From the NCBI GenBank assembly GCA_020441735.1, contig JAGRLQ010000239.1:1-38401 (forward strand): 38,401 nt of DNA, in the 5' to 3' direction. This document shows positions 8,506 through 17,641 of the stretch, one piece after another. The stretch's first letter is position 1; each line of letters begins with the position of its first letter. Source of the stretch: Nitratireductor sp. (GTDB lineage: Bacteria > Pseudomonadota > Alphaproteobacteria > Rhizobiales > Rhizobiaceae). Both the position numbers and the translations under genes were made by a program. Under the pieces are notes generated by a model. That model was not told where the DNA came from. It did no database searches and was given only the letters and a program-made list of their open reading frames with translations.

Positions 8506-9874
8506 TTTCCTGTTCACCTTCCGCCGCTATGCGGATCGTTTCGAGATCGGCGTCATGTTCCTCATAGGCCGCATCGATGCCGGGGTAGGGGCCATCCTCG
8601 ATCAGCTGGTTCTTGACGCCGGTTGCCAGCACCATCGGATCGACGAGACCGGTATCCTTGTAGATTTTCGTGATCTCTGCCCTGGCCTTGTCGACCTCGG
8701 CCTTTTCCTTGGCCGTGGGCTGGAACAGCGGATCGAACCGGTAATAGTGCTCGGCGGTCTCGCCTTTCAGTTCCTCCAGCCCTTCCTCACCCGTGACGAT
8801 TCCGGCAGAACGCAGCAGCGCCTCATCCAGCGGCTCTAGGTCTGGCCGCAATTCGTTTTCCTGGCGGGCCTGGATGTTGTCGTAGTAATTGCGAAGATCG
8901 CCTTCACCAGTCGAGTTCATGCCGCCAGGCGACATTCCCAGAAACCGGGTCATCGGAATATCGGCCGCGCCGGCCACCACCTGCATGAACTCAAGCATCG
9001 TATCCTTGAGCCCGGAGAAGGAGATGGTTTTCTGCTCGTGTTCCTCGCCTTCATCAAGGATCAGCGCATTGTTGATGCTCTTGAGCATGTTGGCGACCAT
9101 GAACCGTTTGGTAAGCCGGTTCGTGCCGTCCGTGTTCGAGACCATCTCGGCAAGGTTACGCACCTTGTAGACATCGATCTTCGCCTCTTGAACAAGGCTG
9201 GCGATGCCGGCATGTACCGAGGCAGCCGTCAGCACCGCGTCAGCAATGGCGTCGAAGATGCTGTCACCGAACCCGTCCTGCAACTCGCGGGCTTCATCGG
9301 TCACTTCCATGCCATCGAAGATGACAAGGCGGCTGGGATGAATTTCAACCTGTTCCTGCCCGGTGATGTTGGTCAGCTGATACTTCTTCGGACGCCCGTA
9401 ATTCGGCTTGCGGATGTCGCGCTCATAGGCATCATCACCAGCAGCAGTCAGCTGAAACCGATGGAAGGTATGCAGGTATTTGAGATCACCTTCCTTGATC
9501 TTGTCGAGGCGAAGCTCGGTTTCCGGCTTGTCGGTTCCGGTGCCGAGAAGAATCACGCCACCACCGAACACCCGTCGAAAGACCAGCGCCTTGCGAATAT
9601 GACGCTTGATGCGCAGGGCAGTTTCCAGGCGTTCGATCTTCTTGACCTGTTCCTCCGACATCTCCCAGGTACGCCACTGCCGCAGCATGTCATCGGGGAT
9701 GACCTCGACACATTTACGGCCCATCCAGGAACCACGCCACATATTGTCGAGCGTGTTGTAATCGTTGAAGCCGGCGAGGATCTTGTTCTGGGTGGCCTTG
9801 TCCTTCTTGGTTCCCAGGTTCGACACCAGGTTGATCAACCCGTCAAAGGCCTTCATTGGCGTGGAGTCGCTCAT
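8423..9874 (-). CDS. Portal protein (DUF1073-like)
   Basis: DGLINLVSNLGT, IHPSRL and AADIPMTRFLGMSPGGMNSTGEGDLRNYYD motifs. Confidence 0.92.
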   Translation of the reverse strand: MSDSTPMKAFDGLINLVSNLGTKKDKATQNKILAGFNDYNTLDNMWRGSWMGRKCVEVIPDDMLRQWRTWEMSEEQVKKIERLETALRIKRHIRKALVFRRVFGGGVILLGTGTDKPETELRLDKIKEGDLKYLHTFHRFQLTAAGDDAYERDIRKPNYGRPKKYQLTNITGQEQVEIHPSRLVIFDGMEVTDEARELQDGFGDSIFDAIADAVLTAASVHAGIASLVQEAKIDVYKVRNLAEMVSNTDGTNRLTKRFMVANMLKSINNALILDEGEEHEQKTISFSGLKDTMLEFMQVVAGAADIPMTRFLGMSPGGMNSTGEGDLRNYYDNIQARQENELRPDLEPLDEALLRSAGIVTGEEGLEELKGETAEHYYRFDPLFQPTAKEKAEVDKARAEITKIYKDTGLVDPMVLATGVKNQLIEDGPYPGIDAAYEEHDADLETIRIAAEGEQENADLLLEANRKAVEEEPEGSGDPAGDK

Positions 9875-10056
9875 TCGTCTGCCTTTTCCAGTTCTCCGGT
9901 GGCCGTCACCTTGTAACGAACACCGGCAGAGATAATGATCTTGCCGACAATGATGGCGGTGCCTTCGGCAACAGCCTTGGCGACTTCGGCAAGGTCTGCC
10001 TGTTTGGCGCCTTCAACCAGGCGCTCACGGGATTTCCGGCAAGGCAGACATGCCAT
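9871..10056 (-). CDS. Small hypothetical protein with N-terminal CxxC
   Basis: Translationally coupled on both sides (TGATG and ATGA overlaps). Confidence 0.6.
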   Translation of the reverse strand: MACLPCRKSRERLVEGAKQADLAEVAKAVAEGTAIIVGKIIISAGVRYKVTATGELEKADE

Positions 10057-10562
10057 CAAAGGCTGCCCTTCGGCTGGATATCGAACAGCTGATCGCGGGC
10101 ATATCCGTCGATGACCTGACGCTTCTCAATGCCATATGGCAGCAAGAGCGAGATCGATGAGATCATGGCGCAAGTGCTTCCAGCTGTCGGTGCCAGGGGA
10201 TGGAAAGTCCAGTTCTTGGCAGATAGCCCAGATGGGTCAACGCCATCCCGGTGAGCAATCTGCGAGGCATGGTTTCGAAAACCGTTCCCGTCATGCAGAT
10301 CGCAATACAAGGTATCCGTCCATCTGACATTGGAGCGTCGGTTTACTTCCGAAAACGACTGAAATGTCAGCTTGGTTCCCTCGACGGCGGGCTCCAACAC
10401 ACGCACATTCTCGTACCAAAGCCAGAAGCTCATCGGCATCAACCGGTAGAACGAATATTCTACCGCGATCATGATGACTGCGGCATAGACCATTGCAACG
10501 GCGATGTTCCACAGAACCTTGCCGCTGTGCTGCTGAAATTCTGCAACCCGAGACGCGCTCAT
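10056..10562 (-). CDS. Membrane-anchored hypothetical protein
   Basis: One N-terminal TM segment and a two-Cys soluble domain; coupled to neighbours. Confidence 0.7.
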   Translation of the reverse strand: MSASRVAEFQQHSGKVLWNIAVAMVYAAVIMIAVEYSFYRLMPMSFWLWYENVRVLEPAVEGTKLTFQSFSEVNRRSNVRWTDTLYCDLHDGNGFRNHASQIAHRDGVDPSGLSAKNWTFHPLAPTAGSTCAMISSISLLLPYGIEKRQVIDGYARDQLFDIQPKGSL

Positions 10563-10780
10563 TTCTTACCTCCAAAGCGTTTGATGATCTCATTGACGGC
10601 ATCGAACATCATCGAACCGCCCGCAAAGAGCATGGCGTAGATCGGAAGCGGGACAGACCGTTCGATCCAGCCAGTTGCATCAGCCAGAATGAGCCCGAAA
10701 AAGGCAAGCCAGCAGGAAATCGCCATGACGCGCCGCATGGTCTTGGTAAAGCCGTTCTGCGGCACTTGATCGAGGGTCAT
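10559..10780 (-). CDS. Small 2-TM membrane protein (holin/antiholin candidate)
   Basis: MTLDQ...; 73 aa, two hydrophobic segments, basic C-terminus KRFGGKK; ATGA overlap. Confidence 0.6.
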   Translation of the reverse strand: MTLDQVPQNGFTKTMRRVMAISCWLAFFGLILADATGWIERSVPLPIYAMLFAGGSMMFDAVNEIIKRFGGKK

Positions 10781-11148
10781 TGGACTTTCTTCTCCTGCCA
10801 CCATGCAACCATTCGGCCACCGGAATATTCGGCCACTGCCCGCCAGCCGTCCGGGCCGGGATTGCAGATCACCTTCGATGACGTGATGTGACACCCAGGA
10901 TCGCCATGCCCAGCTGCGGTCAGGAAAAACAGCCGGGTAGGGCTGGGCTTGCCTGCTGGCAACATCTCGAAGTTCCTGATCTCCCATAGACCCTCGTCGC
11001 CACCGACTTCCGCCAGTGTGGCGCATGAGATCAGCAGGAAAGATGCAGCTGCGGTAACCAGCCATGACCAGATGCGTCGGCCCAGGGACGGCTGTGGTTC
11101 ATCGGGTTCGACATGAACGCCCATTTCATAGTCCGGTCGTTCATTCAT
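10777..11148 (-). CDS. Hypothetical membrane protein or lipoprotein
   Basis: Hydrophobic stretch ending LLISC; coupled to neighbours. Confidence 0.55.
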   Translation of the reverse strand: MNERPDYEMGVHVEPDEPQPSLGRRIWSWLVTAAASFLLISCATLAEVGGDEGLWEIRNFEMLPAGKPSPTRLFFLTAAGHGDPGCHITSSKVICNPGPDGWRAVAEYSGGRMVAWWQEKKVQ

Positions 11149-11488
11149 TGGTTGCCATCTCCGTAAGCATCCCGCGCACTGTCATCTCGCTGACAAGCGT
11201 CTGGTGAGTTGCAACGCAGATATCGAGACGGTTGCGATCTTCCTGCCATTTCTCACGGGCCTCTGGCCCCGGCAGATGGGTACGGTTCCCAAGGTCGACT
11301 TTGCCTTGCGGTGTTTTGATGACCGAGGCCGGGATGGCTGGCGTCAGATCATCCAGCCGGTCCCGTGCTTCCTGGTCTTTCTGTTCGACGACCGCGCTCG
11401 GGGGCGGGGTTCCGTCTGTGTGTTTGCAGCCGGCAAGCAGCAGGACGCTAACGAATGCCGCGAATATCAAAGAGCGGTTCGGCATCAT
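11141..11488 (-). CDS. Outer-membrane spanin (Rz1-like lipoprotein)
   Basis: Signal peptide with LLAGC lipobox, Pro-rich; overlaps the 3' end of the i-spanin gene. Confidence 0.7.
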   Translation of the reverse strand: MMPNRSLIFAAFVSVLLLAGCKHTDGTPPPSAVVEQKDQEARDRLDDLTPAIPASVIKTPQGKVDLGNRTHLPGPEAREKWQEDRNRLDICVATHQTLVSEMTVRGMLTEMATNE

Positions 11489-11885
11489 CCCGGCCTTCCT
11501 TCCTTGCCTGTTCACGTTCCTGCTCACGCAACCGATCGGCCTCGGCCATGGACATGCTGTTCTGCCATTCGAGAAACCGAATCCGCTCCAAGAAACCGGT
11601 CTGGAGTTCCTGGCTGCGAGTATTGATGCGGTTGGCTTCCGCAGCCTTGTCGATGACGGCCTGGGACAACGAAATGCGCTTGCGCCGTTCCTCGGCAATG
11701 ACGAGGCGGGCATCCTTCAATTGCTGCTCGAACCGGATGGCCTCGGCCACCGCAGCCTCTTTCCGCCACCATAGGGCCACTACAACGAGGCACAGGGCGG
11801 CGATCGTGCCGGCCATCACCTTGACCACCGGAAAACCGGCAAACCGCGCTCCTACGGCGTCCCAGAGCAATTTGAACATCAGCAT
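11448..11885 (-). CDS. Inner-membrane spanin (Rz-like)
   Basis: N-terminal TM followed by coiled coil; in the lysis cassette. Confidence 0.7.
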   Translation of the reverse strand: MLMFKLLWDAVGARFAGFPVVKVMAGTIAALCLVVVALWWRKEAAVAEAIRFEQQLKDARLVIAEERRKRISLSQAVIDKAAEANRINTRSQELQTGFLERIRFLEWQNSMSMAEADRLREQEREQARKEGRDDAEPLFDIRGIR

Positions 11886-12223
11886 CACCGTCTTTCATCG
11901 GGCGGCGGAGGCGTCGGCTCCCGGAGCGGAATGTCGCCACCGTAATACGCTGACGGGTCGGGTTCCTGCTGCTGGGTGGGTTTGCCGTACTCGAGCAGAC
12001 CCATGGCAAGGGCCTTCATTCCAAAGGCTGCCATGAGGCAGACAACGGACGCAACGATCAGATAGAACAGGATATCCCGCTTGTGATCGGCGGAAAGATC
12101 GCCGCCCCAATAGAAGATCAGGCCGATGGTGAACATGGCGACGGTAACGGCAAGTTCGCGTGAGCCGGTCTTGCCGTCCTTCCTAGTCGGGAAGCCGAGT
12201 ATCTTGCCCCAGAGCCAGAACAT
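11885..12223 (-). CDS. Holin-like membrane protein
   Basis: 112 aa with two clear TM segments; between endolysin and spanins. Confidence 0.55.
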   Translation of the reverse strand: MFWLWGKILGFPTRKDGKTGSRELAVTVAMFTIGLIFYWGGDLSADHKRDILFYLIVASVVCLMAAFGMKALAMGLLEYGKPTQQQEPDPSAYYGGDIPLREPTPPPPDERR

Positions 12224-12564
12224 CAGCCTTCACCTTTTTGAAGATTCAGAACCGGATCGCCGTCATCATCCATTTCCGGCAACTCCACGGTCATCCCCTT
12301 CAGATCGTGAAAACAATCTGACAGAAACCGGATTTCCCCGTTTTCGACATAGGAATGACATCTGCCACCGGGCCGATCTTTGTTCACCAGCATGGATGGA
12401 GAAAAGGTAGGCTTCTCCATATCGCCGTTGAATGACCAGTTTGGGAGATTGCGGGATTTGCCAACCCTGAAAGGATGATCACACTTGCAGCCGGGGCAAA
12501 ACACCGAATAAACGCCCTCGCCGGGAAAGTCATGATCAGGATAAAAATGAACCCTTTTGACCAT
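12223..12564 (-). CDS. DUF6527-like metal-binding protein
   Basis: CPGC...H...WSFNG...PTFSPS...CHSYV..G.I.FLSDCFH signature. Confidence 0.8.
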   Translation of the reverse strand: MVKRVHFYPDHDFPGEGVYSVFCPGCKCDHPFRVGKSRNLPNWSFNGDMEKPTFSPSMLVNKDRPGGRCHSYVENGEIRFLSDCFHDLKGMTVELPEMDDDGDPVLNLQKGEG

Positions 12565-13271
12565 CACAGCCTCGCAAACTGGAAGTGCATCCAGTCGTAG
12601 TTACGCAGTCTGCCCAGGCTGACGCCGCCATGTTCCTCGACAATGCTCCAGAAGGGTTCATATTCGGGGTCGTCGAGCTTCGCCTGGTCGCGGCCCCATT
12701 TCAGCTGATTGCGGGCAGGATCGATGTCGAGGGCAATGCCCCAGCTGTGCATCGAATACCGGTTGCCGCCGCGCATCTTGCGAAAGTTGTAGCATCCGCC
12801 ATAGAGATCGAGGCCGAGAAGCCGGATGTTTTCCAGCCCGTAGTGCTTGAGCACCTGGTCGAAAATGCTTTCGAACGACGCTGCGACCTTGTGATGGCAG
12901 TTGAAGGTCCGCACGATCTCGTTCTTGTCCCAGGCGAGCCGCATGGGGAAGGGCAGTTGAACCTCTCCAGCCGTGCAGGCATGGCTACCGGGTGGGCCAT
13001 AGAACTTCTCGACATCCGCCTGCCGAGGCCAGGAACGGGCATGCCCCTGACCGGGAGCGGCCCTGACCGGATCAGGCTTCTGCCGCTCGGCAATCGGATC
13101 GGATTTCAGGGCTGCAATGGTCCGGCGCCCCGCAATGCCGTCCGGGTACAGGCCGTTGATGCGCTGGAAGCCACGGATGGCAGCCCTGGTCAACGGGCCG
13201 TTGATACCATCCACGCGACCCTTGTAGATGCCGAGTGCGTGAAGCCGCGCCTGAATCTCATAGGTGTTCAT
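12564..13271 (-). CDS. Endolysin: PG-binding domain plus M15-family peptidase
   Basis: DGINGPLT...FQR..GL..DGIAG repeats; SMHSWGIALDI and DWMHFQ zinc motifs. Confidence 0.92.
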   Translation of the reverse strand: MNTYEIQARLHALGIYKGRVDGINGPLTRAAIRGFQRINGLYPDGIAGRRTIAALKSDPIAERQKPDPVRAAPGQGHARSWPRQADVEKFYGPPGSHACTAGEVQLPFPMRLAWDKNEIVRTFNCHHKVAASFESIFDQVLKHYGLENIRLLGLDLYGGCYNFRKMRGGNRYSMHSWGIALDIDPARNQLKWGRDQAKLDDPEYEPFWSIVEEHGGVSLGRLRNYDWMHFQFARL

Positions 13272-13639
13272 ACCTTGCCTCCTTTTCGGATCGCGTTGTG
13301 CCAGAGCACAGCCATGCCCATGATGAACACGGTCCTGGGACCAACGCCGTCTGCCAGAAGGGCAGCGGCAAATTCCGCCGATGCGGTAATGGGCGAGAAG
13401 CCAGAATTGCAGACCATGTGATCGTGCAGGATCGCCGCCTTGGCGTATCGGGAATTACCCCGGTCGAACCAGGTCCAGGCCCATCTCGGGATGGAAGCAA
13501 GGTCGGTCACTTCGCCGGCCGGAACCGTGTAGAAATATCCGGTTCCCTTCTCCCCGATTTCCCAAACCAGATCAGTGACGAGCTTCCACCGGCCATCTGC
13601 CAGCGGGGCAATGGCGACTTCCTCGGTGTAGAAGGACAT
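13268..13639 (-). CDS. DUF1353-like protein
   Basis: VPAG..TDLASIPR...AAILHD motif. Confidence 0.85.
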   Translation of the reverse strand: MSFYTEEVAIAPLADGRWKLVTDLVWEIGEKGTGYFYTVPAGEVTDLASIPRWAWTWFDRGNSRYAKAAILHDHMVCNSGFSPITASAEFAAALLADGVGPRTVFIMGMAVLWHNAIRKGGKV

Positions 13640-13642
13640 CGT

Positions 13643-14206
13643 TCAAAAGGCGGCAGCCAACGCAACGGCTTCCGGTGAGGGTTCCGGCCAATGACTATCA
13701 TCGGCAAAGTCAACGGCTCCGGCAGCTGCCAACTCCGCTCCTTTTGCCCGCATTGCTGCGACCCACGCTAGTCCGGCCTGAAAAGCAGCCATCTGATCAG
13801 CGTTCAACAGCCCGGCAGCAGCGGCAGCGGCCATGTTCATTTGCGTGGCGGCAGAAGCATGGGCATAGATGCGATCGGATACCTCCTGCCTGATTGCGTC
13901 GGGATTGGGCGGCGGAGCGGAAATCGTCACGGACTGCCCATCAATCCACAGATCGCTGATCGGCTCTCCGGTCGTATGTTCAAACACAAAACCGCCATGT
14001 GCGGTCACATGCTCATCGGCCTGATACTCCGGCGACCGGGTGACCATCTCAAATTCTTCCGGCACTTCCGGCGTGATGATCTCTCCGGCCTCATCAAGTT
14101 CGGGCGGCTGATATTCCTGCGTGACAATCTTGTCTTCACGGTCAGCATCAAAAGCCGCATACTTCGCTATCCGGTTGCCTTCAACCGATACGATTGCGAT
14201 GAACAT
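13643..14206 (-). CDS. Fibre assembly chaperone-like protein
   Basis: Follows the fibre gene; C-terminal W..AMR...DDSHWPEP typical of Tfa-like proteins. Confidence 0.6.
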   Translation of the reverse strand: MFIAIVSVEGNRIAKYAAFDADREDKIVTQEYQPPELDEAGEIITPEVPEEFEMVTRSPEYQADEHVTAHGGFVFEHTTGEPISDLWIDGQSVTISAPPPNPDAIRQEVSDRIYAHASAATQMNMAAAAAAGLLNADQMAAFQAGLAWVAAMRAKGAELAAAGAVDFADDSHWPEPSPEAVALAAAF

Positions 14207-14217
14207 TTCCTGCCCTC

Positions 14218-15633
14218 CTAGCGATAGAACACGGAGCAGCTACCGCCTGAAAAGGTGCCGCCCATAAGCTGAACGCGGTCCAATGCCCCGCTTAGCGTTT
14301 TGTCACCAGCGCCATGAACAGGAACGTTCGAATACCCCCGAACCATGTGATCCGACATCCATTGGTTGCCGCCCATGTGGAACAGGCGCATGACGCCCTT
14401 AACCAAGGTCGAGGCTATCAGATCAAACTCGGTCGTAGACGATGTTGAGGACGAGCGATTGCCCGTGTAGCTGTCATACCCGGTGGTTTCGACGCCGCCG
14501 CTATCCCCGAGCCTCACGCCCAGACCTGACGTGACCGCAACATCATCAAACAGGATCAATACCTCTCTGACGCCTGTCGGAATGCCGGTGAAGTTGATGG
14601 CTGTACCAGCGCTGGTTGCCAGTGAAGAAAGCAGGGTCCAACCTTCACTTGCCAGCGCCTCCCATGCTCCGTTCTTGCGAGCATAAGTGTTACCGTCAGA
14701 CGGAGCGTCGTTCTCACCTGCCATGCTGCCGGAATCACTGATCTGGGCCAGTGTATGCGTGTGGCCGGTGGCCGACTTCCCATCCAGAGCAGCCTGCAAA
14801 CCCGTAACGTTGGCGATGGCGTGGGTGTGGGCGGACGCTGCCTTGCCATCCAAAGCGGTCTGGAGACCGGTGACGTTCGCAATCGTGTGCGTGTGCCCCG
14901 TTGCAGCCTTGCCATCCACTGCCGTTTGAAGGCTGTCGAGATTGGCCTGCAATCCGGTGACATTGGCAATCGTGTGAGTGTGGCCGGTGTTAGACTTGCC
15001 AGCCAGGCCGGCATTCATTTCAGCTACGGACGGCGCAGACAGATTGCCCCGTGCAACATCCGGGTCGTTCACATCGGACAGGTTGTTAGCTGCTGCCAGA
15101 AATCCAGCACCGGAGATATAGGCCGCTACCCAAGCCGCACCATCCCAGAACTTGAGACCGATACCAGTGTGGTAGAACAACGCACCGGGTTGCAACGGAT
15201 CGCCGTCATTGTCGGTGGCCGGTTCAGCTGCCTTTTCACCAAGGTACTTGTCATCGAAGTTATCAAAGGCCGTGAATGCCTGGTCTCGGGCAGCCTCGGC
15301 TGCAAGTTGTGCGGTGCCTGCTGCGTTGGCAGCAGCAAGGGCTGCGACCTTGGAAGCATCAGCTGCGGCAGCATCCGCGGCGGCATTGCCCTCGGACGTG
15401 CTCGCATTGCCTTCGGAGGTAAGGGCAGCGGCAGCGCTCGCAGATGATTGACCGGCGCTGGTTGCAGCAGCGTTCGCGCTGGCATCTGCTTCACCTGCCT
15501 TGGTCTCGGCTTCATCCTTGAAGCCCTCGGCATCGGTGGCACTTTGAGCGGCAGCGGCGGCGGCAGTGCTTGCCGATTCGTTCAGCGTTTCCAGCCATTC
15601 GAGGCCGTCGCCCTGGAACAGAAAGAAAGACAT
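14218..15633 (-). CDS. Fibre protein (Ala-rich stalk, HTH-IANVTGLQ repeats, foldon-like motif)
   Basis: FDDKYLG...DNDGDPL and NNLSDV motifs, four HxH repeats, DAPSDGNTYARKNGAW. Confidence 0.8.
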   Translation of the reverse strand: MSFFLFQGDGLEWLETLNESASTAAAAAAQSATDAEGFKDEAETKAGEADASANAAATSAGQSSASAAAALTSEGNASTSEGNAAADAAAADASKVAALAAANAAGTAQLAAEAARDQAFTAFDNFDDKYLGEKAAEPATDNDGDPLQPGALFYHTGIGLKFWDGAAWVAAYISGAGFLAAANNLSDVNDPDVARGNLSAPSVAEMNAGLAGKSNTGHTHTIANVTGLQANLDSLQTAVDGKAATGHTHTIANVTGLQTALDGKAASAHTHAIANVTGLQAALDGKSATGHTHTLAQISDSGSMAGENDAPSDGNTYARKNGAWEALASEGWTLLSSLATSAGTAINFTGIPTGVREVLILFDDVAVTSGLGVRLGDSGGVETTGYDSYTGNRSSSTSSTTEFDLIASTLVKGVMRLFHMGGNQWMSDHMVRGYSNVPVHGAGDKTLSGALDRVQLMGGTFSGGSCSVFYR

Positions 15634-15642
15634 CCGCTTACC

Positions 15643-17178
15643 TCACAGTGAATCGAAGATGCTGTGCGCCTTTTCCAGCAGTTCGTTGACGCCCATCATC
15701 AGAACATCGCACTGGTCATCGAACACGCCCTCGGGGAAGGCGTACATCTCGTTGAGAAAGTCCTTTGCCCATGGCGCATCCTTGGGCAGAAGAACCGGAT
15801 TGACGGCAATCGAGGGGATCACCCCGAGCGCCTTGGTCACCTTGTCGGTCTCGACCTGGACGCCCACCACCGGTAGGCGCTTACGCTGCAACTGCTGGAT
15901 CAATCCCGTACCGGAACTGGCATCCTCGACATTGATCGAGTTGAGATGACCGTGAACGTTCCAGGGAAGCTCCTTGTGTTTCAGCCAGAAGTTCTCGGCT
16001 ATCTGGACAAGCTCGGGCGCCTCCCATTTACCGCGAACCAGGTCCAGCAGATAAAGCCGGTCGTTGCGGTCGAGGCCGAAGCAGCCGAATACCGAATAGT
16101 CGTTACGCTCCTTGGTCTTGGAGGCTGTATCGGCGCAGATGATGCGGCGTTTCAGGTCCGGCCGCTTCTCTTCATCAAACCAGTCGAAATACGTGGCCTT
16201 GAACATATTGCCGCCCAGGACCACGGGCTGCTGCATGTACTGGCCGGCGAAGGTGTGCTCATCCAGCTTGAGGATGTCGATCTGTGCCTGATCGTGCTTC
16301 ACAGGCCAAAGCGGGCCATCCGGCAGGCCGTGCGGCACGACCTTGACCTTCGGCGCAACCGGTTCAGCCTCGCCATCAATCTCGATGGGGATGGAGATCA
16401 CTTCCCATTCCTCGCCGGAAGTCTCATAAACGTGAGCGGCAAAGTCATCGACATGCAATCGCTGCATGATGAGGATGACCGGCACGTTCTCGTGCGCCAG
16501 GCGCGACCGCATGGTGTTCTGCCAGCGCCGGTTGACGGACTTTCGTTCGGGATCGGATAGCGCATCATCCGGCTTGAGCGGGTCATCGATGATGAGCGCC
16601 CCGGTGAACACTGCGTCATCGTTGAGAAATTCAAGCTCGTACTCGTCGAGCTCGCTCATATCCTCCGGCAGATTGTTCTTGTTCAGATAACCGGCACGGA
16701 AACCCGTGATCGGACCACCGGCAGGCTTTGCCAGGAAGTGACCACGTTGTTCGGTACGCCACAGACCCTTGGAGTTGGTATCGCTCTTGAACCCGAGTGG
16801 CCACCGGTCCTGATACTGCGGCAGGTTGATGAGGTCTTTGATCCTTGACGAGTTGTCGTTGACCAATTCCTGCGAGAAGGACGTATGGATGAACCGGGCC
16901 TTCGGATTGACCGCGAATCCCCGAGCCACGAAATTGATGACGGCAAGCTCGGTCTTGGAATACCCGGGCGGAATGTGGATGCCGAGACGGGTACATTCAC
17001 CCCTGATTACCCGGTCCAGCTGGTCGCAGATCAGCTTGTGATGCGGGCCGACGATGAACGGTGTGCCTTCTGCGGCAACGAACATGCGGCGGGTAAAGCC
17101 AAGATGGCTGGTAACCAGCTCCCGGCTTTCCAGTATCAGCTTCGCCTTGCGTAGACGCTCCGCATCAAACGGTTCCAT
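15643..17178 (-). CDS. terL: Terminase large subunit
   Basis: Walker A PPGYSKT, Walker B LIIDDP, MQRLH, nuclease DTA...DDQCD. Confidence 0.95.
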   Translation of the reverse strand: MEPFDAERLRKAKLILESRELVTSHLGFTRRMFVAAEGTPFIVGPHHKLICDQLDRVIRGECTRLGIHIPPGYSKTELAVINFVARGFAVNPKARFIHTSFSQELVNDNSSRIKDLINLPQYQDRWPLGFKSDTNSKGLWRTEQRGHFLAKPAGGPITGFRAGYLNKNNLPEDMSELDEYELEFLNDDAVFTGALIIDDPLKPDDALSDPERKSVNRRWQNTMRSRLAHENVPVILIMQRLHVDDFAAHVYETSGEEWEVISIPIEIDGEAEPVAPKVKVVPHGLPDGPLWPVKHDQAQIDILKLDEHTFAGQYMQQPVVLGGNMFKATYFDWFDEEKRPDLKRRIICADTASKTKERNDYSVFGCFGLDRNDRLYLLDLVRGKWEAPELVQIAENFWLKHKELPWNVHGHLNSINVEDASSGTGLIQQLQRKRLPVVGVQVETDKVTKALGVIPSIAVNPVLLPKDAPWAKDFLNEMYAFPEGVFDDQCDVLMMGVNELLEKAHSIFDSL

Positions 17179-17641
17179 CGGCCTGCTTCGGCGCGATCGA
17201 TTCCTGCCAGGCGATGTAGGCCTTCAGCTGCTCGTCCGTCATGCTGTCGAAATCCGGCTCGGGATAGGTGTTCTCGACAGGGATCGGACCACCCTTTGGA
17301 CCGGCATGTTCAACCTGAAACGTGAAGCCGCGATGCTTGCCCTTGGTACGCAGGAGAAACTGAATGTCGGTGCTCTTGCCCGCCCGGATGTTCTGGATCA
17401 GCTTGGTCTCGGCAATGTCGAGGATATCTTCTCCGACATCAGCTGCAACGTCCCGCAACTGCGGATGCTTCTCCATGAACCGGTGCAAAGTGGATCGGCT
17501 ACACCCGAGCAACTGCGCCGAAGTGCCAATGAAGCCCCCGGTTTTCCGCAGTGCTTCCTCGACCTTCGCAATGGTCAGCCTGTGCCGGTTGCCATGCTTG
17601 GCCTTGTCAGCCTTGCCTTTCTTCGCACGTGAGCGTTTCAC
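17165..17641 (-). CDS. terS: Terminase small subunit (HTH)
   Basis: HTH SAQLLGCSRSTL, VEHAGPKGGPI tail; overlaps the terL start. Confidence 0.75.
   Translation of the reverse strand: MKRSRAKKGKADKAKHGNRHRLTIAKVEEALRKTGGFIGTSAQLLGCSRSTLHRFMEKHPQLRDVAADVGEDILDIAETKLIQNIRAGKSTDIQFLLRTKGKHRGFTFQVEHAGPKGGPIPVENTYPEPDFDSMTDEQLKAYIAWQESIAPKQADGTV

Noticed and set aside
8423-9874. Possible anti-CBASS Acb1 label often attached to DUF1073 proteins
   Set aside because: No 2H-phosphoesterase domain with paired HxT motifs is visible; the protein is portal only
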